From assembly GCA_024640485.1 (NCBI GenBank), contig JAHEEY010000001.1, positions 1 through 30,466 of the forward strand: DNA of 30,466 bases, given 5' to 3'. Position 1 is the first letter of the stretch. Every line of letters begins with the position of its first letter. This document shows, in pieces, positions 1 through 7,928 of the stretch. This DNA comes from Chloroflexota bacterium (GTDB lineage: Bacteria; Chloroflexota; Anaerolineae; Promineifilales; Promineifilaceae). The notes beneath the pieces were generated by a model that worked only from the letters and a program-made list of their open reading frames with translations, did no database searches and was not told the origin of the DNA. Position numbers and translations under genes: made by a program.

Positions 1-891
1 GTTGACGATGGTGGGGCTGACCGTGTGGTGCAGCAAGGGGTCCATGGTGCGCAGCTGTTCCCCTAATAAATCAAGGAGCCGGTCCGTTAGCGGCGGCTGA
101 AGCAGGCCGCGGATTGCCAGGTTGGCTGGGAACGAGATCGCCGCCGCTATCGCCTCAAACATCATTCTGGCTGATGGGGTGACATGAACCGGAAGCCGTT
201 GACTGTTCAGATGGCTCAAGACATGCCCCAACTTGCCCATGGTGCCGTCCCGCAGCGGCATGGAACCGTGCCCTCCCGGCCCGCTGAACGTAACCCGCAG
301 GTGACAATATTGCTTCTCGGCCACCATGATGGGATAAAAGCGCTTGCCAACCATCTCCATGCTGAAGCCGCCAAATTCGCCCAGCGCGTAGCGCACCCCA
401 GCGAACAGCTCAGGATGGGATTCCACCAGGTATTTGGCGCCGAAAGTCCCGGCGTTTTCCTCATCGCTGAGAATTGCCAGAATGATATCGCCTGGGGGGG
501 TGATCCCTTCCGTCGCCATCCGCATGAATGCGGCGACCATCATGGCGATGCCTCCTTTCATATCCAAAGCTCCCCGGCCCCAAATGTAGCCGTCAACCAG
601 ATCTCCCTGGAAGGGGGGATGCTGCCACCGTTGGTTGGCGGTAGTTACCACGTCAACATGGCCCTGGAGCAGTAGGGGAGACGAGCGCCCGCGCCCCTGA
701 ATGCGGGCGACCAGGTTAGGACGGCTTTCGTCAAGTGCCAGGATAGTGGTTTCGATGCCGGCGCCTTGCAGCAGCTTGTTGATGTATTGGACGCACGCGG
801 CTTCATTGCCTGGTGGGTTGGTGGTGTCAAAGCGGATCAGCTGCTGCAGAAGTTCACTGGGCTGCAGAGAGATGGGATCGATATTGGACAT
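1..891 (-). CDS. M20/M25/M40 family metallo-hydrolase (ArgE/DapE-like), 3'-truncated by the window edge
   Basis: Translated by hand because it is absent from the ORF track (no stop in window). ATG at 891 with AGGAG SD; MSNIDPISLQPSELLQQLIRFDTTNPPGNE...LLLQGHVDVV...IWGRGALDMKGG...ILSDEENAG. HxDVV, GRGxxDMK and DEE are M20 metal-binding motifs. Confidence 0.93.
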   Translation of the reverse strand, partial: MSNIDPISLQPSELLQQLIRFDTTNPPGNEAACVQYINKLLQGAGIETTILALDESRPNLVARIQGRGRSSPLLLQGHVDVVTTANQRWQHPPFQGDLVDGYIWGRGALDMKGGIAMMVAAFMRMATEGITPPGDIILAILSDEENAGTFGAKYLVESHPELFAGVRYALGEFGGFSMEMVGKRFYPIMVAEKQYCHLRVTFSGPGGHGSMPLRDGTMGKLGHVLSHLNSQRLPVHVTPSARMMFEAIAAAISFPANLAIRGLLQPPLTDRLLDLLGEQLRTMDPLLHHTVSPTIVN

Positions 892-1000
892 TGTTTGCTC
901 CTACGGTTTAATCAATATGTCTCAAGAACCACCTACAAAATGACCTGGTCTGAAACACGCGGAAGCTCAATCGTTCCAAGAGAGTTGGGAAACAAGACCT

Positions 1001-1420
1001 TCAACCATCAAGATCGCCTGAAATCAAGTGAAAATGCAGGTGCGGGATTTCCTGAAACGGCCCGCCGTTGCAGATTAGGCGATAGCCTGCCTGTTGAAGG
1101 TTCAATTCTGCTACGATGCTTTGGACAGCTTGGAATAAATCAGTCAAAAAGTTGGTGTCGGCACCGCTGATATCCATCAGGCTGCCCAGCCGGCTTTTGG
1201 GAAGGAGCAAAATGTGAGTTGGATAGCTGGGCTGAGGGTGATGGAAAGCGACAAGGTTAGGCGTTTCGCGCAGTCGCTTTAAGGGGATGACAAAGCTCAT
1301 GTGAGTTACTGTCCAGCTGATGAATCGCCGGCAGAGCGGTGAACGGGCCAACTGGAACAGCCATTGAAAGCTAATGAGATTTCTGACTGAAGGCCGGGAT
1401 GTTCCGGTTCTAGGCCCCAT
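1001..1420 (-). CDS. HIT (histidine triad) domain protein
   Basis: C-terminal GYRLICNGGPFQEIPHLHFHLISG (HxHxH triad) and AFHHPQPSYPTHILLLPK. The start codon is uncertain and may lie downstream. Confidence 0.88.
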   Translation of the reverse strand: MGPRTGTSRPSVRNLISFQWLFQLARSPLCRRFISWTVTHMSFVIPLKRLRETPNLVAFHHPQPSYPTHILLLPKSRLGSLMDISGADTNFLTDLFQAVQSIVAELNLQQAGYRLICNGGPFQEIPHLHFHLISGDLDG

Positions 1421-1616
1421 GCTCGATATCTTCGACTCCAGTTGAAAATTGGTCGCCCATTTAATTGGCGCAATCTATTGGGCGCTGTGACGCCCGGTAG
1501 CGAAAGGTGCCAGGTTAAACAAGAGGCCATAGGGTTAGTTATCCAACCGTATGACCTCATAAATCATGATGATATACGCATTATGGGGCGGAAGCGCGTC
1601 CATGAGCGTGCTGCAA

Positions 1617-1838
1617 TTAGGGACCGAACTGATCCAGTACCGGGGCGTAGTGGCAGCGGCAGCCTCTAGGGTGTGAACAGCCCTCCGCAGGGAGCTGGGG
1701 AACATCGTCAAATTCGTATGCGCCGGCGATAGCCTGGCATGCCGGGCAGCAGTCACGAGCGGCTAAAATCCTAACCTTCGTAGCTAGCCCCTCACGTATA
1801 TTCTTCAAGGCAGCGCGTTGTTCTGCTAACTTGTCCAC
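1617..1838 (-). CDS. Small Cys/His-rich hypothetical protein (73 aa)
   Basis: GTG at 1838 preceded by AAGGAG. Contains DCCPAC and GCSHPRGCRCHY motifs. Confidence 0.75.
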   Translation of the reverse strand: MDKLAEQRAALKNIREGLATKVRILAARDCCPACQAIAGAYEFDDVPQLPAEGCSHPRGCRCHYAPVLDQFGP

Positions 1839-1957
1839 ATTTCTCTCCTTTTCAGGTAATTTGCCGCCAGATTTTACCAGCAACTACCGAACAAGACACG
1901 CCATCTACGGTGCGGGTGAGGGTATCAGAAGATAATCCATGGACGGCAGCTCAACTT

Positions 1958-1966
1958 TGTTATAAT
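1958..1966 (+). promoter_or_regulatory. Extended -10 promoter (TGtTATAAT) of the CHAD gene, probably leaderless
   Basis: TGTTATAAT ends 6 nt before the ATG at 1973; no SD sequence. Confidence 0.6.
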
Positions 1967-1972
1967 TCAATC

Positions 1973-2866
1973 ATGGAATCAACATCACAGATCTCATCTC
2001 AAATGCACATCGCCGAGTTGGGCCGGTTCATTTTAGCGGCTGAGCTGGCGACAATACGCCAGCATCAGGAGCCGTTGGCCCAGCAGGCTGACGTTATCGC
2101 GGTCCACGAGACCCGGAAAGCGATCCGGCAGATCTTCACCGCGATCAAGCTGTTTCACTCTTTCTTCGAGCCAGATGCCTTGAAGGCGCAGTTTGGACAA
2201 TTGCGAAAGCTGATGCGCCGGCTGGGACGCAGCCGGGATATCTCTGTTTTTCTGCAAAAGTTAGCGATTTATACCGAGACCAACCCGCCGCTGCCGGCGC
2301 TGGAAGCGTATTGGCGGCAGCAGCTGGTTGTCGCTGATGAATCGCTTCAGGGGTACCTGGAAAAGCCGGAGCGTGCCGTACTGATGGATGATCTGGAGCG
2401 CTTTGTTCATACCCCCGGCGCTGGTGTGCCGGCATTGGCGGATCCATTTGCCCCAACGGCAGCCGGCTTGCTGCTGCCGTCTTTGATCTATGATCGGGTG
2501 GCTTCGGTGAGGGTCTTTGATGGGCAAATAGCAGGCGCCTCGCTGAAGCAGCTGCACCAGCTGCGGATTCAGGTTAAGGAGCTGCGCTACAGCCTGCGAT
2601 TCTTCGACTTGATGTTGGGCGAAGAAATCGCGCCGTTATTGGAGACTTTGGAGCAAATGCAGGAACTGTTCGGCAATCTGAATGATGCCCGGGTATCGCT
2701 CGATCTGCTGGATGAAATGCCGGAGCATGACGGTGAAATCGCGGCCTATCGCGCCGCCAAGGAGGCTGAAATCAGACAGCTGATCGCAGCTATCCCATCG
2801 CTGTGGTCCAGCTTCAATTCTCCCGCCTGGCGTCAATCCCTGGCGGCGGTGTTGGCAACCCTCTAG
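1973..2866 (+). CDS. CHAD domain-containing protein (polyphosphate-binding family)
   Basis: VHETRKAIRQ, LGRSRDISVF, LHQLRIQVKELRYSL and LQELFGNLNDA-type motifs; all-helical. Start chosen at ATG 1973. Confidence 0.88.
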   Translation: MESTSQISSQMHIAELGRFILAAELATIRQHQEPLAQQADVIAVHETRKAIRQIFTAIKLFHSFFEPDALKAQFGQLRKLMRRLGRSRDISVFLQKLAIYTETNPPLPALEAYWRQQLVVADESLQGYLEKPERAVLMDDLERFVHTPGAGVPALADPFAPTAAGLLLPSLIYDRVASVRVFDGQIAGASLKQLHQLRIQVKELRYSLRFFDLMLGEEIAPLLETLEQMQELFGNLNDARVSLDLLDEMPEHDGEIAAYRAAKEAEIRQLIAAIPSLWSSFNSPAWRQSLAAVLATL

Positions 2867-2921
2867 AATACCATAGGACGGCGCACCTGGAATTTGGTGA
2901 CGCTGATTGCGGGAGGTTAGC

Positions 2922-3245
2922 ATGGGCTTTTTGAAAAAGCTTTTCAGTACAGGTAAGAGCAAGGAATACGTCGACACTCGCGGCCTATATTTCTACGCAC
3001 AGTGTGACCAATGCGGCAGCCGGGTTCGAGTCCGGGCGGACAAGCAGAATGATTTGAATCGGGATGGCGAGGGCTTTGTCTGGCACAAGACTATTGTCGA
3101 CAACCGCTGTTTCCGCCAGATGCCGGTGGTCGTCCACCTGGACGGAAACTATCGGGTGCGATCCCAAGAGATAGAAGGTGGGCAGTTCATTTCCAAAGAG
3201 CTTTACGAGCAGCCGGAAGCTGACTTACCGGCAGCCGGCGAATAA
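2922..3245 (+). CDS. Hypothetical protein with CxxC motif
   Basis: GGAGG SD before ATG 2922; MGFLKKLF...YAQCDQCG...WHKTIVDNRCF. Confidence 0.75.
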   Translation: MGFLKKLFSTGKSKEYVDTRGLYFYAQCDQCGSRVRVRADKQNDLNRDGEGFVWHKTIVDNRCFRQMPVVVHLDGNYRVRSQEIEGGQFISKELYEQPEADLPAAGE

Positions 3246-3358
3246 CCAGGCGCCTTAAGGGCGCATATGTTCAGTAATGCGGCTGTCATTGGGTGTCTCG
3301 GGGAGCTGCCACCTAACCGGTTGCGACCGCTGCGAGTCGCAGAGGAAGTGAAATTACG

Positions 3359-3652
3359 ATGAGTGATTCTGAAATTGTGATGTATAAGTCTAGCTACTGC
3401 GGGCACTCCTTGGCAGTGGAAAGCTTTCTGAAGCGGCGCCAAATCCCCGTCAAATTGATCAATATCGACGGTGATGTGGAAGCCCGGCAGACGGTGATGT
3501 CGATCAACAACGGGTTCGCCAGTGTGCCGACATTGATTTTCCCGGACGGCACCCATTTGACTGAGCCATCCTTTCGCCAGCTGCGGGCGAAGCTGAACCT
3601 GGAATCGGTTGGGTTAATTGATCGACTGCGGCGGATTTTTGGATCAAATTGA
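3359..3652 (+). CDS. Glutaredoxin/mycoredoxin/NrdH-like protein (CGHS active site)
   Basis: IVMY-SSYCGHS; GFASVPTLIFPDG contains the cis-Pro VPT motif of the thioredoxin fold. Confidence 0.85.
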   Translation: MSDSEIVMYKSSYCGHSLAVESFLKRRQIPVKLINIDGDVEARQTVMSINNGFASVPTLIFPDGTHLTEPSFRQLRAKLNLESVGLIDRLRRIFGSN

Positions 3653-3730
3653 TCGCGGTCGTAAATTCCCGGTGTGACCGGTCGCCGGGCGGCGCTCTGG
3701 CTAACGCCCCTTTGTTACCTAGGAGCCTTG

Positions 3731-4240
3731 ATGTTACCCATTGTTCTCATCGCATTGGCATTCTTGACGGACCGGCTGTCCAAATGGTGGGCAGCTGATT
3801 TCTTTGCGGAACACGGCGATGTCACCATCAATCAGTTCCTGACCTTGAAGGAGACCTATAATCGAGGGGTCGCCTTTGGGATGTTTCAGGGCATCGGCCC
3901 CCTGGTGGGTTGGCTGACCATTGCCGTTCTGGTGGCCATGCTGGTCTATATTGCCAAGACACCCCGCCAAATGGTGCTGCTGCGCAGTGGTTTGAGTCTG
4001 ATTGTAGGCGGCGCTCTGGGCAATCTGGTGGATCGGATCACGGTTGGCCAGGTATTGGATTTCATCCAAACCCCGCTCCGTTCGGGCATTTTCAACGGGG
4101 CCGATGTGATGATCAATCTGGGGATGGTGCTGGCGCTTGTAGGCAGCTTCCGGCAGCCGCGGGCTGACCTTGAGGAAGAACAAGTCGACTCGCTCGAGCC
4201 GCTCGCCCACACAGATGAGATCGAAGCCGAAACTGAATAG
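3731..4240 (+). CDS. lspA: Lipoprotein signal peptidase II
   Basis: DRLSK, NRGVAFG, GGALGNLVDR, VLDFI and IFNGAD motifs; AGGAG SD before ATG 3731. Confidence 0.93.
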   Translation: MLPIVLIALAFLTDRLSKWWAADFFAEHGDVTINQFLTLKETYNRGVAFGMFQGIGPLVGWLTIAVLVAMLVYIAKTPRQMVLLRSGLSLIVGGALGNLVDRITVGQVLDFIQTPLRSGIFNGADVMINLGMVLALVGSFRQPRADLEEEQVDSLEPLAHTDEIEAETE

Positions 4241-4436
4241 GCCATCAGGCCGCATCTTGGATAATCAGGTGGCGCAGGGAGTGGTCCAGTCAGCAGCGCG
4301 GTTTGTGGCAGCTGCCGAATTCATGCATACTAAGGTCGCTAAGCAGGGTTCATATTGAACCAACTTGGCGAATGACCATCGAAGGCGGTTGGTGGGGAGT
4401 GATCATTCTTTTCCATCTGCGGCGCAGTGAGGCAAC

Positions 4437-5633
4437 ATGACAGAGCTAGGATTTCTAGAAAATTTCGTACACAAGCAGGTCGACTTCAAATTCGCTGGGG
4501 AAAGGCTGCAGTTCTATCTGTCGCAATCTCTGTTCAGTAGTTTTGATATCGATGACGGCACCCGGCTGTTGTTGAAAAGCATCGCCAACCAGGTAAAGCT
4601 GGATGAAGTGAACACGCTGCTTGACATTGGCTGCGGGGTAGGAGCCATCGGCATCTGCCTGAAGAAAGCGAATCCCAAGATTGAGGCGGTATTCCAGGAT
4701 AGGAACGCGTTGGCGCTGGCTTTCACTCGCCTGAACGCGCAGTTGAATCAGCTGGAGCCGGTGACGGTGCAGAGCAGTCTGGCTCTGGATGAAAGCGACG
4801 GCAAACAGTATGATCTTATCGTCTCTAACCTGCCGGGAAAGGCCGGCCCACCGGTGTTGAAGGCGATTTTGAGCCGGATCCCGGATCATCTGAGCGAGAC
4901 CGGGGTGGCGGCGGTGGTCATTGTGAAGCCGTTGGCGCAATTGGTGGAAGAGACGCTGACAGAAAACGGCAGCGAGATCCTGCTGCAAGAAGACGGCAAG
5001 GGGTACGTCATTTTCCACTTCCGGCATGGGGAAACTCCGCATGAGCCGGAGGGCGCCCTGGACCCCTATTTGAGAGGCAGCTTCCCCTTCAAGTTTGGGA
5101 AGTCCACCATGGACCTGATTACCGCTTTTAATGTCCCGGAGTTCGACACCTTAGGATTTCACACCAATCTGGCCATCAACCTGATCAAGAATAAGCAGGT
5201 CCAGGGCAAGGTGCTGCTTTGGAATCCCGGCCAGGGCCACTTCCCGGTATACCTGGCCCATAAATTTGGGAAAGCGATCACTCAGTACACGGTGGCAAGC
5301 AGGGATCTGCTGAGCACAACAGTTACCCAGCTCAATTTGACCGCCCATGGTGTCCCCCAAGAGCAGATCCGATCAGCGCATCTGCCCCATGTTCTGGAAG
5401 TCGAAGGGCTATTTGACTTCATCGTCCTGTTCCCTGATATTGATCCCGGTGTTCCCTGGGAACAAGCTTTGCTGCAAGGCTGTCACCAGCTGTTGGCGCC
5501 TAAAGGGAGGCTGCTGGTGACCGCCAAGAGCGCGTTCATGTTCCGGCTGCTGCAAAGGCACCGCGGTTTCGGCATGGGGACCGATAAGAAACGGCATGGT
5601 TTCCGCTCGGCCATACTGAAGAAGGCGGGATGA
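4437..5633 (+). CDS. Class I SAM-dependent methyltransferase with two MTS-like domains (RsmC/RlmG-like architecture)
   Basis: SLFSSFDIDDGTRLLL, LLDIGCGVGAIG and YDLIVSNLP; second degenerate repeat PEFDTLGFHTNLAI...LLWNPGQG...FDFIV. Confidence 0.8.
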   Translation: MTELGFLENFVHKQVDFKFAGERLQFYLSQSLFSSFDIDDGTRLLLKSIANQVKLDEVNTLLDIGCGVGAIGICLKKANPKIEAVFQDRNALALAFTRLNAQLNQLEPVTVQSSLALDESDGKQYDLIVSNLPGKAGPPVLKAILSRIPDHLSETGVAAVVIVKPLAQLVEETLTENGSEILLQEDGKGYVIFHFRHGETPHEPEGALDPYLRGSFPFKFGKSTMDLITAFNVPEFDTLGFHTNLAINLIKNKQVQGKVLLWNPGQGHFPVYLAHKFGKAITQYTVASRDLLSTTVTQLNLTAHGVPQEQIRSAHLPHVLEVEGLFDFIVLFPDIDPGVPWEQALLQGCHQLLAPKGRLLVTAKSAFMFRLLQRHRGFGMGTDKKRHGFRSAILKKAG

Positions 5634-5674
5634 TCTGCTTGAGCGCAGATGCTTGCTGAGGATGGCGATCGCCG

Positions 5675-5995
5675 TTGCGCACCAAAACCCTGTGGATTAG
5701 AGAAGAATACCTGCAGGCCATATTGACCGGGCACAAACGCATTGAAGTGCGGGTTGGGTACAGCAATATCAACCGGCTGCAGGCCGGTGATCAGCTGTTG
5801 TTGAACGACAGACATCGTTATCGCGTCAAGCGTATCGGCCGGTATGCTGACTTCGCGGAGCTGCTAGACCGGGAGGAGCCATCCGCTATCGCCCCCGGCA
5901 CCCCTGCCGGCGAGCTGCTGGCGAAGATGCGGGCCATCTACCCACCCGAAAAGGAATCTTTGGGTGTTGTCGCCCTGGAGATTGAACCCGTATGA
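5675..5995 (+). CDS. ASCH (PUA-like) domain protein
   Basis: LWIREEYLQAILTGHKRIEVR contains the GxKxxExR motif; ends GVVALEIE. TTG start. Confidence 0.85.
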   Translation: MRTKTLWIREEYLQAILTGHKRIEVRVGYSNINRLQAGDQLLLNDRHRYRVKRIGRYADFAELLDREEPSAIAPGTPAGELLAKMRAIYPPEKESLGVVALEIEPV

Positions 5996-6150
5996 GCCTG
6001 AATGTTCATCCGCTGAACAGCGCCGCCAGCGGCAAGTCGATGCCAAACCAGATCGATCTCACTGCCGGATATTGAGTCACACCCCTTCAACTTCGCCAAT
6101 CTTGAAATCTTAATTCTTCGATGAGAAGATTGCGATGCACAGCCGCCGCA

Positions 6151-6179
6151 TTGGGGAAGTCCCGAATATCGGATAAAAT
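6151..6179 (+). promoter_or_regulatory. Putative sigma70-type promoter TTGGGG-N17-TAAAAT
   Basis: -10 ends 9 nt before ATG 6189; no SD sequence. Confidence 0.4.
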
Positions 6180-6188
6180 CATCCCCTT

Positions 6189-7268
6189 ATGCGAGACTTA
6201 ACTGTGGTTTGCCACGAACTCAACAAAGCTTTTTCAACAACACCGGTTGTCCAGAACGTGTCATTTGAACTGCGTTCTGGCGATATTTTGACCCTGCTTG
6301 GCCCCAGCGGCTGCGGCAAGACCACCACCCTGCGCCTTATCGCTGGATTTGAGCAGCTCGACAGCGGGCGTATCGATATCGCCGGTAAGGTGGTCGCCTC
6401 CGATCGCATCCACATGCCCCCAGAGAAACGGCGGGTCGGGATGGTTTTTCAGGATTATGCCATCTTTCCCCACCTGAATGTGGCCGGCAATGTCGCATTT
6501 GGTTTGGAGCGAGGAAAACAGGCGGCTCGGCAGGCGGAAGCGATGCTGGAAATGGTGGGGCTGCCAGGTTTGGGCCAGCAGATGCCCCATGAATTATCCG
6601 GTGGGCAGCAGCAGCGGGTGGCGTTGGCCAGAGCCCTGGCGTTGGATCCAGTCATTTTGCTGTTGGACGAGCCGTTCTCCAATTTGGATACCAGCCTGCG
6701 GGCGCAGGTTCGCAGAGAAGTGCGAGATCTCCTAAAGGAAAACGGGGCTACGGCGGTGTTTGTTACACATGATCAAGAGGAAGCGCTTTTCCTCGGCGAT
6801 CAGATTGCGGTGATGAATGAAGGGGTCCTGGAGCAGGTAGGTACGCCGGTAGATCTATTCCACCGGCCGAAGACCCGGTTTGTGGCTGAATTCATGGGCC
6901 AGACCGATATCATCCCGGGACAGGTGACCGCAGATGGCGTAGAGACGGTGTTGGGTCTGCTGCCGCAGGCGCTGCCTCAACTGCTGGGGAAGCAGGTTGA
7001 GGTTGCCCTTCGGTCTGATGATGTTGGTTTGTTCGAAGATGACTCAGAACTGCCGGCTTGGCTGAATGGGAGCGCCAGAGACGCCACCGTCCTTTCCCGC
7101 CAGTTTATCGGGATCGCTTACATTTATGAAGTGGGGCTGGAAAATGGTTATCTGGTTCACAGCTGGCAGCCCCATACAGTCGACTTTCCCCCCGGGACAA
7201 AGGTGAAAGCCGCATTCCGCCACGATCACCCGCTGACCTGTTTCCTTGATGGGAAAGCAGCGTGGTAG
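6189..7268 (+). CDS. ABC importer ATP-binding protein, FbpC/PotA-type with C-terminal TOBE-like domain
   Basis: GPSGCGKTT, VFQDYAIFPHL, LSGGQQQR, LLLDEP, VTHDQEEA, FVAEFMG. Confidence 0.93.
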   Translation: MRDLTVVCHELNKAFSTTPVVQNVSFELRSGDILTLLGPSGCGKTTTLRLIAGFEQLDSGRIDIAGKVVASDRIHMPPEKRRVGMVFQDYAIFPHLNVAGNVAFGLERGKQAARQAEAMLEMVGLPGLGQQMPHELSGGQQQRVALARALALDPVILLLDEPFSNLDTSLRAQVRREVRDLLKENGATAVFVTHDQEEALFLGDQIAVMNEGVLEQVGTPVDLFHRPKTRFVAEFMGQTDIIPGQVTADGVETVLGLLPQALPQLLGKQVEVALRSDDVGLFEDDSELPAWLNGSARDATVLSRQFIGIAYIYEVGLENGYLVHSWQPHTVDFPPGTKVKAAFRHDHPLTCFLDGKAAW

Positions 7269-7367
7269 CGATCTGGGGCAGATCCTGATCGATTTAATCT
7301 ATCCTTCCTGGTCTGAGGTGATTTTAGGGGAGGGCGCTTTCCGCCGGTGATGGCGGCGCCTAGACGC

Positions 7368-7395
7368 AAAAAAAGCCCTGACACCAGGGCTTTTT
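7368..7395. terminator. Bidirectional intrinsic terminator between the ABC ATPase and the tRNA cluster
   Basis: A-tract-GCCCTG-acac-CAGGGC-TTTTT. Confidence 0.8.
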
Positions 7396-7410
7396 CGATC
7401 GAGGTGATAA

Positions 7411-7481
<71 letters not shown>

Positions 7482-7525
7482 ATAAACAACACCAGCAGGC
7501 TTTTCGGGGCCTGCCGATAAAAACA

Positions 7526-7599
<74 letters not shown>

Positions 7600-7624
7600 T
7601 TGTTAACCTAGCCATGATGGCTAA

Positions 7625-7697
7625 TGCCAGGACCCAGACTCGAACTGGGGACACCTGCATTTTCAGTGCAGTGCTCTACCAACTGAGCTATCCCGGC
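7625..7697 (-). tRNA. tRNA-Phe (GAA)
   Basis: Reverse complement GCCGGGATAGCTCAGTTGGTAGAGCACTGCACTGAAAATGCAGGTGTCCCCAGTTCGAGTCTGGGTCCTGGCA; CCA not encoded. Confidence 0.97.
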
Positions 7698-7728
7698 GAG
7701 GGGCATTACCCACTCCAAGACAACGGAG

Positions 7729-7757
7729 ATTCTATCCAAATGGGCGCTGAATGTCAA
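7729..7757 (-). promoter_or_regulatory. Near-consensus sigma70 promoter of the tRNA-Phe-Gly-Cys operon
   Basis: TTGACA-N17-TAGAAT on the minus strand, about 30 nt upstream of tRNA-Phe. Confidence 0.85.
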
Positions 7758-7794
7758 ATATTCTAATTATCGAAACCGCCTCCTCGGTCATATC

Positions 7795-7823
7795 TCGCCA
7801 GCTTTCAACTGCTTCACTATAAT
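7795..7823 (+). promoter_or_regulatory. Putative promoter of the ABC-LytTR gene
   Basis: TCGCCA-N17-TATAAT, divergent from the tRNA promoter. Confidence 0.5.
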
Positions 7824-7928
7824 CTTTGGAGGGATCAACGAGCTGCGTTCGCCGCCATACGCTGCGAACCTCCTTGAACCTTGGTTCCCTTGAACGAATA
7901 CAACTGAAGTTAGGGCAGAAGATCAGCG

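Noticed and set aside
494-500. Possible frameshift at the G7 run in the M20 gene
   Set aside because: Manual translation stays in frame (MATEGITPPGDII).
184-943. Plus-strand ORFs 184-675, 701-943 and 766-1170, and short minus-strand ORFs
   Set aside because: Shadows of the M20 peptidase and HIT genes; no motifs or SD.
1910-1972. Longer ORF-track starts (also 2907, 3674, 15642, 23084, 25705, 29728)
   Set aside because: Downstream starts have SD or promoter support or match the expected domain boundary; the extensions look non-coding.
7872-7895. CCTTGAAC repeated at 16-bp spacing, with an internal GAACC/GGTTC inverted repeat
   Set aside because: Lies in the presumed leader, the spacing does not fit LytTR geometry, and chance cannot be excluded.
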